From assembly GCF_037042905.1 (NCBI RefSeq), contig NC_087250.1:13332001-13396000 (forward strand): DNA of 64,000 nucleotides, written 5' to 3'. Origin of the DNA: Lytechinus pictus. Its lineage: Eukaryota. The position numbers and the translations under genes are program-made. Position 1 is the stretch's first letter, and each line of letters opens with the position of its first letter. Positions 53,933 to 63,517 of the stretch are shown here, piece by piece. The notes beneath the pieces are model-generated. The model worked only from the letters and a program-made list of their open reading frames with translations, had not been told where the DNA came from and did no database searches.

Positions 53933-54031
53933 GGCTACTACTACTAGGCAGTCGTCAGACATCACCCATGTCATGGTAACCCACTCATTCAATAAACAAG
54001 GTTATGATATAACCTTGTTCTCAGTTATATC

Positions 54032-54651
54032 CATAGGCGGATCCAGCTTTTGGCGAAAGGGGGGGCGCACTGCCGAGCGGCGCACATATTTTTGCACTTC
54101 ACCGGCGCCATAAAAGAAAATGTTGAAAAAGGGGTAAAGTCTGACCCTGTCAAATGCTCTTTTCAAAATGTAGGATTTCCAGTCATGCCATTTTGCATGA
54201 CCACACGCAGATAATATTTCCGGGGGGGGGGGGGGGGGGCAAGACTAGCCAGGCGGCTTCTAGAGAGTAAAAATTATTTACTAACGTAAGGTCACTCTCA
54301 GTACGAAGCCAGGGCCTCAGTCATACACTTTTGCATGTACCACCAAAAAACCTGAAACTTTCGCCCCCGAGATTTCTACTTTCTTTCTAAAAGATCTAGC
54401 CCTAAATCATGTACATGGGATACAACTTCATTTCCGACATTTCTATGCTATGGATTTTATTTTTAGACAAGAATTCATTAAAAAAAATGAGAAAAATATC
54501 ATGAATAGACGGAAGAGACTTGCCCGATGTTTACGCCGCCATCTTGTTTTCTATTGTTCTTCCCCAACGTTACGCGACGCAAGCGTCCGTACCTCTCAAA
54601 TATTAGGGGGGGGCGCGCGCCCCCTGCGCCACCCCCCTGGATCCGCCACTG
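54032..54651. mobile_element. hAT-like MITE with poly-G/C subtermini
   Basis: TIRs CATAGGCGGATCCAG / CTGGATCCGCCACTG; the flanking direct repeat is only ATATC (5 bp). Confidence 0.72.
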
Positions 54652-55371
54652 ATATCTCCATGTGTGGCAAAATAAGGATGGCAATGTTTGGCTTATTTTA
54701 TCTTTTTCTTTGGGACAAATGCTTGATTTTTTTACACTGACAGTTTCCATCACACCTATTCGTCATACAACTTGGCCGGCTTAAGTAAATTTGATTCTTT
54801 AAATTATTTTTTTCTTAATTAAAAATAAAAATAGAGATAAAAAAATGAAAATTTTCTTGCCATATTATTTTCCACCAATAGAGGGCATACACAAAAATAT
54901 GCCCAAAATTCAAGTATTTGAGTGCTCTAGTGAATACAAAAATTATTCCCAAGTTACTTATGAAAAATAAATTGCAACTGTATGGAAATTAGTAATTTTG
55001 GTCACAAAATTGATATTTTAATGATTTTTTAAAGTGTGTGCTCTGTACAGCATTGGCATGCCATAGTCTAGACAGGAATAACCGTCATTTCTGGGGATTT
55101 ATTCAACAATTTCTGACATTTTACTATAATCCCCATGAGTGAGCCAACGCAGTTCAGCGGAACAACCAAAATACAGAGACTGAAGCTTTTGGTCTAGCCA
55201 TAGTCCTACCTGTAGGCTGTAGTGTAGTACAGGCAGGGTGATTGCTGTGAACAAGTGTGGTAACCCAGCCCCAGGGAGCTCCGGCCCGCGAAGTGGGCCG
55301 GAGCCCAGGCCAGGAGCTCATCGTGCATTTACTCATACTCACGGGACTAGCAGGGACTAGGGTAGATTGTG

Positions 55372-56497
55372 GTCACAATAACTTGGAAAGAAAAATGTGA
55401 AAACAGAAATTATTTGGATTGAACTTTTTGAAGGTCTATATGGTGTGGTACCTCGTCAGGCGATGTTCGTGCAGGCTCTACTTCACTACCGCTCCACCTA
55501 CCCGAACATCGGGACCGTGAACCATTTCGGATATACCGAGTCACGAAGGTGGGATGGAAATCATGTTTATCGTAAAAATTAAACAAAAAAATATAACGAA
55601 TAAGAATTATGATGATTGACTTAATATCTTACTCTACACCCGTATTTCACTCCGTTTCCGTCCTCCGGTTATCCTCAAAATTTGTGATTTTGGGCCAGTA
55701 TCAAATTCCTCACACGTATTATTCACGGCCGATTACAAAACGCGTATCGAGTGGACCTTCCTAATATAATAATAGCAACACTGATATGTGTTGCTGCCCT
55801 CTACGTTTGTTGCATACAATGTTTTGAAATCGGCCGTGAATAATACGTGTGAGGAATTTGATACTGGCCCAAAATCACCAATTTTGAGGATAACCGGAGG
55901 ATGGAAACGGAGTGAGATACGGGTGTAGAGTAAGATATTAAGTCAATCATCTTTTTCGTTATATTTTTTTTGTTTAATTTTTATGATAAACATGATTTCC
56001 ATCCCACCTTTGTGACTCTGTATATCTGAAATGGTTCACGGTCCCGATGTTCGGGTAGGTGGAGCGGAGTGTAGCGGTAGTGAAGTGGAGTGGAGCCTGC
56101 ACGAACATCGCCTGAGATAATCGTGTGGCAGCATCCTGACATCGAGGCATAGCCACAGACTGGAACCTCAAAAAAACGAAAAGTTCTGTCGCGATACCTC
56201 TCCTTTCAAAATTCAAAACAAAATGGCCGATCCAGACCGAGGCTATAGCACTAGTTAGCGCATGTAGACTTGGTCAAAAAATTTGTGCATGCGCCCTACA
56301 CCCTCTGTACCGGTCTCGATCGGCCATTTTGCTATGAATTCTGAAAGAAGCGCTACCGCGACAGAACTTTTCGTTTTTTTGAGGTTCCAGTCTGTGCCTC
56401 GATTTCAGGACACTGCCACACGATAGACCTTCATCCATATAATCGTGGTAAGTGCATAATTTCTGTTTTCACAATTTTCTTTCCAAGTTATTGTGAC
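55372..56497. mobile_element. Palindromic MITE carrying a nested second palindromic MITE
   Basis: GTCACAATAACTTGGAAAGAAAA..GTGAAAACAGAAATTA vs its reverse complement at 56457-56497; inner arms ~56120-56240 vs ~56311-56425. Confidence 0.78.
55456..56115. mobile_element. Nested palindromic MITE (~285-bp arms)
   Basis: TCAGGCGATGTTCGTGCAGGCTC ... GAGCCTGCACGAACATCGCCTGA; arms ~55456-55741 vs ~55821-56115 (seen as mirror ORFs 55397+ and 55974-). Confidence 0.85.
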
Positions 56498-56618
56498 TGC
56501 AAATATTGCAAAAATCGCTCCATTGTACGGCGATTCTAATGACAATGTACTTGACTTTTCTATGATTAAACCTAATTCAAATACCAGTACCTTTTTCTTT
56601 GTTTTACTCCTTATATAG

Positions 56619-56676
56619 GTTGCGTCAATTCAACCATATGGTGCCTTTGTGAAATTAGATGGATACAAGAAAAATG
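56619..56676 (+). CDS. ZCCHC17: ZCCHC17 coding exon 2 (VASIQPYGAFVKLDGYKKN-G)
   Basis: Polypyrimidine tract and TAG acceptor, GTGAGT donor (phase 1), S1-domain motif YGAFV. Confidence 0.92.
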
Positions 56677-57247
56677 GTGAGTTCCTTTAATTTCACTGTT
56701 TGTTTTTTATTTTTTAAAGGGAAGGGGGTTGGTCATGTTCCTTGATTCAAAATGAAATAATTTAAATGTAGATCTCACATTTACAATCAATCTTAAGTTA
56801 TAATTATGCATGTGCCTTTTTTATCCGTTTCCGGGGGTGGGGGGGGGGTGAAAATGAATATATTTTACATTTCCTTTTCTTTTTCCCCTATCATGTTTGT
56901 ATTTCGAGATGAGTGTACTATATGTGATGTAATCAATCGCAAGTCAAATGTACATGTAGGTTTTACAATCAATCTTAAGAGTTATGCTTTTGATTTTCTG
57001 ATCATTTTCTTGCAACAGAAGGTGTTAGTTGATGAATTGTTAGCCCTAAAACAACCTTCTGAACCATGCTGTAAATGAATGGATGGATTTTCCATTTTTT
57101 CTGATCTTTGCTCATCATAGCCCTGCAATTATATTTTCCTGACAGATTGTTTTGGCAGATAGTTATTATTATTATTTATATGTGCAATTTGTTCAATTCT
57201 GTGAGCTTTTTATTTTCTGTTGTTACCAGTACCAGAGTAATCTTTAA

Positions 57248-57865
57248 AGGGGAATCCAGCCCTGGTCACAAAATGTTGTATTTGAAAAGAGAAAAATAGA
57301 TAAAATAGAAAGTTCTGTGAAAGTTTGAAAGGGAATCAGACCAGTAATAAGAAAGTTATGGCTGTTTTAAAATTGAGATCCCTATTAAAGACTATGTAGA
57401 TTTCAAATTGGCAACTGGGTACCAATTATCACAAGGGGTAAGGACAACTTTCACACAGGCCATGTACTTTATTATCAGTGATTAGTGGTTTTCTTCTATA
57501 AAAGTACCCGGTTCCCCTGGGGCAGTAATCTAAATATCGCCCAGGTAGTATATTGTTTAATGTCCTCATGAAAGAAAAATGTGATTTGAAGTTAAACTAT
57601 TGAACAAAAATGTCATTTTAGCCATTTAATGTATTGGAGTAAATGGAAGAGTAGTCCTTGCCTTACATCACTATGACATCACATAAACTGCCAATTTGAA
57701 ACCTCCATGGATATAGTGATTACCGATATTCACAACTTTTGAAAATTCTTAACTTTTTTATTGTTTGTTGACTTTGTTCGATATTGTTCAAACTTTCACC
57801 TTGTCCGATTATTCCTTTTCCCCTAAAATTGTAAAAACAAGTTTTTATTTGGGTTAGATTCCCCT
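57248..57865. mobile_element. Kolobok/T2-type MITE, diverged
   Basis: TTAA|AGGGGAATCCAGCCC ... GGGTTAGATTCCCCT|TTTA, with weak internal inverted similarity (GAAAGTTTGAA / TTCAAACTTTC). Confidence 0.65.
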
Positions 57866-57928
57866 TTTACTGTAATCACTGTCTCCTCTCCCCCCCCCCC
57901 ATTCACTCCCCACCCCCACCCAAATCAG

Positions 57929-58032
57929 GTCTTGTTCACAAGAGTCAGATTTCACGGACCAAGCGTGTGGAGGATGTATCTGAGGTTCTCTCTGTTGGAG
58001 ATGCCGTCTGGTCAAAGGTTATATCACTTGGG
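57929..58032 (+). CDS. ZCCHC17: ZCCHC17 coding exon 3 (GLVHKSQISRTKRVEDVSEVLSVGDAVWSKVISLG)
   Basis: CAG acceptor (phase 1) and GTAGGT donor (phase 0); S1 motifs GLVHxS and VGDxVWxKVI. Confidence 0.93.
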
Positions 58033-58089
58033 GTAGGTGCATTCAAGGGAAGGAGGGGGGGGGGGCAGTATAAAGAAGAAGTACATGTA

Positions 58090-58332
58090 TACCCAGTTGT
58101 GTGTCCAGACAGGTTGTGTGTCCGGACGATCAATTTTAGAAAGTCATTTGGACAAATTCCAAGGGAAGTTTCATCAATTTTTAGTACAAAATGTGAGGAA
58201 ATATTATAGAGAACAAAATAGAAGATGATAACAACTATTGAATTCATGTTTTTAGTATTATCCAAAGACAAAAAAGAAGGCTTCATAAATATTAAGTGTC
58301 CGGACACCCAACCCCCCCCCCCCCCCATCCTA
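58090..58332 (+). repeat. ~240-bp dispersed repeat, copy 2
   Basis: Aligns over its full length with 11469-11711. Confidence 0.85.
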
Positions 58333-58490
58333 TTCCTTTTTTAGGTACAAGCTTATTTTTTATTTTTTGCTGTTTGAATACCACATGGCCATTTATAGAG
58401 AACCTTCACTGTTGAATGGCGACTTGTTGGTTTTGGGGTGGGTGGTTATTGTTTTCTCTATTTTTTTATTTTATTGAGGGCAATTAACGG

Positions 58491-58855
58491 TAAATTGCCA
58501 ATTTGTTTACTGCCAACTTGTCCACTCACCGTATGTTCTACTTTCGTAGTCTAATGCCATTCCGTCCATCATCATTTCTTCGACAAACTTTTGGTCCAAT
58601 CATCGCTTCGTCTAATCACCATTTCGTCTTTGACCATTTTGTCTCATAACGGTTTGGTCTAAATTCCATTTCATTTTCATTCATCCTGCACAAACAACAA
58701 TTGGTCAAATTAGATCAATTATGGTATATGGACTAAATGGCTTTTGGACCAATGGACGAAATGGTGAGTGGACGAATTGGCAATTAGACGCTGTGGATAG
58801 TGGACGAACTGACGGTAGACCAAATGAAAGTAGACAAGTTGGCAATTGGCATTTA
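58491..58855. mobile_element. Small foldback element built of degenerate 15-16-bp tandem units in inverted orientation
   Basis: Left half repeats (T)TCGTCYA/TTGTCYA, right half repeats TRGACGAA/TAGACCAA at ~15-16-bp spacing; ends TAAATTGCCAATT / AATTGGCATTTA. A related fragment lies at ~62320-62415. Confidence 0.6.
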
Positions 58856-58983
58856 GATGAATCAGAAATAAACAAAAAAATCATAGGTGGCGCCCCTACC
58901 CCTCCCTGGGCGATACTCGGGTGAAACTGGTCACTGTAGCTTAATTTGTTATACCGTGTGAAGAAAAATAAAACTTGACACAT

Positions 58984-59551
58984 CATAAATCCCCAATAAA
59001 AAAAATGTCATAAACACATGATCATTATATATGACTGGAAAGTGTATCTTTTCCCAAATAATTTGATACCATATTTGTATGTCTTCATGCTTGGATTATC
59101 AGTAGATATTCTTTTCAGTGATGCATGTATGCAATTAATGAATCCAGATGTCAATGATGTCATAATTCTACAAGGGTTGCATTAAAATCCATTGCAAAAC
59201 GCCTTTTCAATAATTAATGCAGGAATTGTTTAATAAATGCATTCAGGCATCTATGTTTGAAGTTAATTTCATTGAATAGGGATTTGCGAATTTGATTACT
59301 AAACTCCAGTAGGATCATGACACCATTGGCATCTGATCTGGATTCATTCATTGCAGATTTTTGCAGCCATGCTTTAGTTTGGCACAAATCAAATTTTACA
59401 TCACAGTAAAAAAAAAAATTCCTCCCGATTATCCGGGCTTTAAGTACCACAAAAATAACAAAGTATTTTAGAAAAGATACTCTTTCAGGCCATATACATA
59501 ATAAAAAATGTGTTCATCAAATATTTTTTTTCCTTAAATTGGGGATTTGTG
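58984..59551. mobile_element. Diverged MITE with imperfect inverted arms
   Basis: CATAAATCCCCAAT vs ATTGGGGATTTGTG, and GAAAGTGTATCTTTTC vs GAAAAGATACTCTTTC. Confidence 0.5.
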
Positions 59552-60040
59552 AGGGGTTATTTTTTTTAAAGGTTAAATTAAAGTTTCTCGAGATCATCCT
59601 CCCAGCCACTATTTAATTCCCTTCACTGGCTTCCTTTGAAACAGAGAATAATGTTCAAATTACTCTCAATTGTCTACAAAACACTGAATAAACAGGCTCC
59701 AGATTTTTTATGTCCTGTTTGACGCTGTATACATACCAAGAAGAGAACTTAGGTTGGCCTTTGACCCTCTTCAGTAACTCGCACTCATACATGAGCCGGT
59801 GATAGAATTTTTACTGTGTCAGCTTCACTGAAATGATTTGCCACCTATAATACAACTTTCTCCATCTCTAGCAATGTTCAGAAAGACATTAAAAATCCAT
59901 TTCTCTTGTAGCTTAAAGTCTTAGCATTGCATAATTCCTTTTAATTATTTCATCGTAAAGCGATTTGGGCCTTACGGAAAAGTGCCGTATTGAAGTAATA
60001 AGTTACAAGTCCAAAGACCCGTACAAAATCAGGTGATCGC

Positions 60041-60602
60041 CGGGGGGGGGGGGGGGGGCACTCACATATGGTGGTACAGGGACGTGCTGCTTTGATGACC
60101 CCCTTTTTCAGACCTAATTTTCTGTTCTCTAGGTACTCCGAATGACAAAAGTTCAGTTCAGAAGCCGCCCAGCCCCACTCGCAAGACCCTCGTTAACGAG
60201 ACATACATCTCAGTTCCCCAGCCCTGCCAAAATTGTCAAGCGCGAGCACCGCATGCGAGAGATGCACATACGGCTTCGCAACTCCGTACACATAACTAGT
60301 AGCCGCTCCATGCAAGGCTAACGCATGCACAGCGCTATGGTGCAACATACTTACAGTGCAGCGATCCTGTTTTTCACACTGCACGGTATGTATTTAGTTC
60401 CCAAGATAATATATATCTGTAAAGCGCTTAGAGACGTCGTTCTGATGTGTTAAGCGCTGTATAAATGCGGAATATTATTATTATTATTAAGACCCCGTAC
60501 TTTATCCTTTTAGTCAGTTCCCTAGACCCCCATTTCAGAGTTTCGTGAGGCACACCCCCATCAAAAAATAATTTGAGTGCCCCTCCCCCCCCCCCCCCCC
60601 CG
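60041..60602. mobile_element. Poly-G/poly-C-terminated MITE with a nested retroposon tail
   Basis: C(G)nCACTCA ... TGAGTGCCCCT(C)nG flanked by GTGATCGC (60033-60040 and 60603-60610); contains an L2/SINE-like tail AAAGCGCTTAGAGAC...TAAGCGCTGTATAAAT..(TAT)n at ~60416-60488. Confidence 0.72.
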
Positions 60603-60852
60603 GTGATCGCACTTTAACTGCTACCGCATCTAAAGAATAGAACAACATCCCCTCTTTTATTATCATCAAACACCACAAATCAGTTTAAGAAATCCCTAAA
60701 AACTTACCTCTTTTCCAACTAGTCAATTCTTATTAAAATCTTTTGTATATATGCAATTAAAAAAAAAAATATTTTGATATTCAGTGTTTGTAAACGCTGT
60801 GATATAGTTTTTATTACAGAGAGCATACTAAATGCTGGTTATTATTATTATG

Positions 60853-61276
60853 TGGAGCATTGTAGCCCAGTGGATTAGTCTCCGGACTAACAGAGGGTTG
60901 TGGGTTCAAATCCCAGCCATGGCGTAGTTTCCTTCAGCAAGAAATTAATCCACATTGTGCTGCACCCAACCCGGGTGAGGTAAATGGGTACCTGGCAGTA
61001 ATTCATTCCTTGAAATGCCGAGCGCGTGAAAGCTGCTTGAGCTACAACCAGGGTAATAATATCCAAGTCCTTTGGACGCGCATAGAGACGTTATTCATAA
61101 TGTGTTATCAGGTGAGGTAAATGGGTACCAGGCAGGAATTTATTCCTTGAATTCCTTGAAATGCCGAGCGTGTGAAAGCTGCTTGAGCTACAGCCAGGGT
61201 AATAATATCCAAATCCTTTGGAAGCGCATAGAGACGTTATTCATTATGCGCTATACAAGAACTGACTATTATTATT
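60853..61276 (+). mobile_element. tRNA-derived SINE with tandemly duplicated 3' half
   Basis: Pol III A box TAGCCCAGTGG (60863-60873) and B box GGTTCAAATCC (60903-60913); central GGTGAGGTAAATGGGTACC present twice (~60974, ~61111); tail AAGCGCATAGAGAC...ATGCGCTATACAAGAACTGAC(TAT)n; preceded by (TTA)n. Confidence 0.85.
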
Positions 61277-61277
61277 T

Positions 61278-61398
61278 TTAGAAAGTCAAAAGGGGCCTAA
61301 GCTTTCGATCCTAGCAGAATCTTCGTCAGAGGCAAAATGGTCTCCTCCGACGAAGATTCTGCTAGGATCGAAAGCTTAGGCCCGTTTTGACTTTCTAA
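61278..61398. mobile_element. Inverted dimer of a Penelope-like element terminal fragment
   Basis: ~55-bp near-perfect inverted repeat (61278-61332 vs 61344-61398); each arm carries a minimal hammerhead motif. Confidence 0.7.
61295..61333 (-). ncRNA. Minimal type I hammerhead ribozyme motif (Penelope-type)
   Basis: Minus strand reads GCCU-CUGACGA-A-GAUUC-UGCUA-GGAUC-GAAA-GC-UU-AGGC: core CUGANGA and GAAA, 5-bp stem II, palindromic AAGCUU in place of stem III, and stem I GCCU/AGGC. Confidence 0.68.
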
Positions 61399-61487
61399 TT
61401 TACTCCATTGGCTCTCTTTTATTAGATAAGCAGTTTTCAGCAGCTTCTTTTTACTATTATTATTTTTATGATATAATTTTTTTTCAG

Positions 61488-61576
61488 GAAGATGAGGAGA
61501 AAAAGATCTCACTCTCTATGAAGGTCGTGAATCAGGACAACGGCCAAGATTTGGATCCAAACATGGTCCAGACCAA
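61488..61576 (+). CDS. ZCCHC17: ZCCHC17 coding exon 4 (EDEEKKISLSMKVVNQDNGQDLDPNMVQT-K)
   Basis: TTTTCAG acceptor (phase 0) and GTATGT donor (phase 2); motif SLSMKVVNQxxGxDLDPN characteristic of ZCCHC17. Confidence 0.95.
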
Positions 61577-61625
61577 GTATGTCAACTTTCTTTCCATCTT
61601 CCCCTCTTTGAAAGGGAAATTTCTG

Positions 61626-62045
61626 CAGGGTGCTACATAACTTTTTAGAAGCACTTGCCCGGTCGCGCAAGTAGATTTTTAAATAGTTGGAATATACTTG
61701 CCCAAAAATCTGTTTCACTTGCCCGAAAAAATCCTTGAAAAAAACCTTTTACCTCTTCGAAGGAAAGTTTTGCGGTTATTCAAACCATTGACCTTTTCTC
61801 TCTTTTGACATGAACTGATCTACCTTGTTATTGCATTTCTTTTTCCAAAGTGATTTTATTTTGCCTGCCATGACCAAAACTAGGGTCAATATCATATCAT
61901 TTCGACCCTAATTTTGGTCATTCTACTGTGAGAATTTTGCTTGCCCAATTCGGGCAAGTAGTTTTGGTCTTTACATCAAAACACTTGCCTGACTCTAACT
62001 TTTACTTGCCCTGGGCAATCGGGCAAGTGCTTACGTAGCACCCTG
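61626..62045. mobile_element. hAT-like MITE (CAGGG termini)
   Basis: TIR CAGGGTGCTACATAA / TTACGTAGCACCCTG; repeated ACTTGCCC/GGGCAAGT subterminal motifs; 6-bp flanking repeat TTTCTG (61620-61625 and 62046-62051). Confidence 0.82.
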
Positions 62046-62498
62046 TTTCTGTATGAAAATGGATTGCTTTCAAGATAAACAGCGGAGTTAAAGGTCTACT
62101 CCACCCAAGATAAAATGTTGATTTGAATCAATAGAGAAAATCAAAGAAGCATTACGCTAAGAATGTGAAAAAAGATGAAATTTTGAATAAGACGTTTTAA
62201 AATGTCACTTATTTTGCACAAAACAGTTGTATGTACAACTCATACGAGAGTCAGAGTATATGATGTCCCTCACTCACTATTGATTTTGTTTGTTTTGTAT
62301 TGCTTCATTATTTGCAGATTTGACAATATTGTGAATAGTGGGCGGATTGATGGTAGACCAAATGATAGACGAGTGGTAATTGGGTGAATTGGCATCAGAC
62401 CAATTGAAAATAAATCATGTTAATGCCCTCGAGTGCGGACCATTTTCACACTCCTCTGTGCATTATTTCTTCTATAATACTTTTTGTTTGTATACCAG

Positions 62499-62599
62499 GC
62501 AAGAAGAGCAAAGGAAAAAGAAAGGAGGCTATGTACCCAAACCGAAGATAGAGCTGGGAGCTGTCCTCAACACTACTTGCAAGAAATGTGGAACTGTAG
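62499..62599 (+). CDS. ZCCHC17: ZCCHC17 coding exon 5 (QEEQRKKKGGYVPKPKIELGAVLNTTCKKCGTV-G); first half of the CCHC knuckle; gene continues beyond
   Basis: CCAG acceptor (phase 2) and GTAAGT donor; KIxLxAVLNTTCKKCG matches the recalled ZCCHC17 sequence. Confidence 0.95.
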
Positions 62600-62678
62600 G
62601 TAAGTCCGAGTGTCCATCAGCATTGCTCTGCAGACATGTATTAAAAGGAATGTTCCCCAGCTAGAGAATTATGTTAAG

Positions 62679-62904
62679 ATAGTAAATCGTCACCTTTCCG
62701 CACAAAGGCCGTTAGTGCGCACTGCACGTCGCCTTCCGCACAAAGGCCCTTAGCACGCACTGCACGTCGCCTTCCCGCGAAAGGGCTGTTTATCGTGCAG
62801 TGAAGAGTACGCACTAATGGCCTTTGTGAGGGAAGGTGACGCGCAGTCCGCGCTAGACGAAATGACTTCCATTTCATTTTAAAAAAACAGATTTTGTTTA
62901 CCAT
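62679..62904. repeat. Small GC-rich element with ~38-bp tandem units and an inverted copy
   Basis: CCGCACAAAGGCC..TTAG..CGCACTGCACGTCGCCTT twice, then inverted GCACTAATGGCCTTTGTGAGGGAAGGTGACG. Confidence 0.55.
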
Positions 62905-63098
62905 ACTCTAGGAAGAAATAGAGGATTTTTTTTCCTTTCAACAACTCATTTTTTCACCTTAGGAGTTGCAAGCTTTGCGTTGTTTTGCATTGACTGTGTG
63001 TTATGAAGAGCTAGTCTTAAAATAGAGATTTTTAGATAACTATGAAGTATAAAGCGAATAAATTTAATTTACCTTTAGTTCTATAAGAGAAAGTCAAT

Positions 63099-63517
63099 GG
63101 CCCTAATTCACAATAGTGGTTTTTTAAACCACCAGTTGAACCCATGATTTATGCAGATTTCCTGTATAGATTGCTCTTATTTACGGCGTTTATTAAAAAA
63201 ATTCCAATGCTGATGCGCGCTTTTGTCACAGTGTGCGAAATTGACACCTGTTGCCATGGTTAAGTACGCTTTTTCATTTGTGAGTCCACTGTTTGAAGAG
63301 TGGACTCATGAATTCAAAACAAACAAAACAGTGGACTCAAATAAAATAGCATGGATATATAAATAACCATGGCAACAGGCGTCAATCTTGCGCACTGTGA
63401 CAAAGCATTAGATATTTTTTGATAGAAGCTGTTAATAGCGTAATTTTTACAGGAAATCTGCATAAATCTTGGGGGTTCGACCGATGGTTTTAAAAACCAC
63501 CTTTGTGAATTCGGGCC
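63099..63517. mobile_element. Palindromic PIF/Harbinger-like MITE
   Basis: GGCCCTAATTCACAATAGTGGTTTTT ... AAAAACCACCTTTGTGAATTCGGGCC with 3-bp TSD AAT; arms remain inverted for ~170 bp. Confidence 0.78.

Larger units (their letters stand above)
10377..56618 (+). other. ZCCHC17: ZCCHC17 intron 1 (46,242 bp), ~94% occupied by one transposon
   Basis: GTAAGT donor; polypyrimidine tract and TATAG acceptor. Joining the exons gives a continuous S1-domain sequence YRGD|VASIQPYGAFVKL. Confidence 0.82.

Noticed and set aside
57945..58328. Longest ORF in the track (127 aa, minus strand)
   Set aside because: Antisense to exon 3 and overlapping a dispersed repeat and poly-G; no protein signal. The + ORFs 57967 and 62380 are only partly real (exons 3 and 5).
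60853..60920. tRNA gene
   Set aside because: A and B boxes are present but there is no proper cloverleaf, and the sequence continues into a SINE body and tail.
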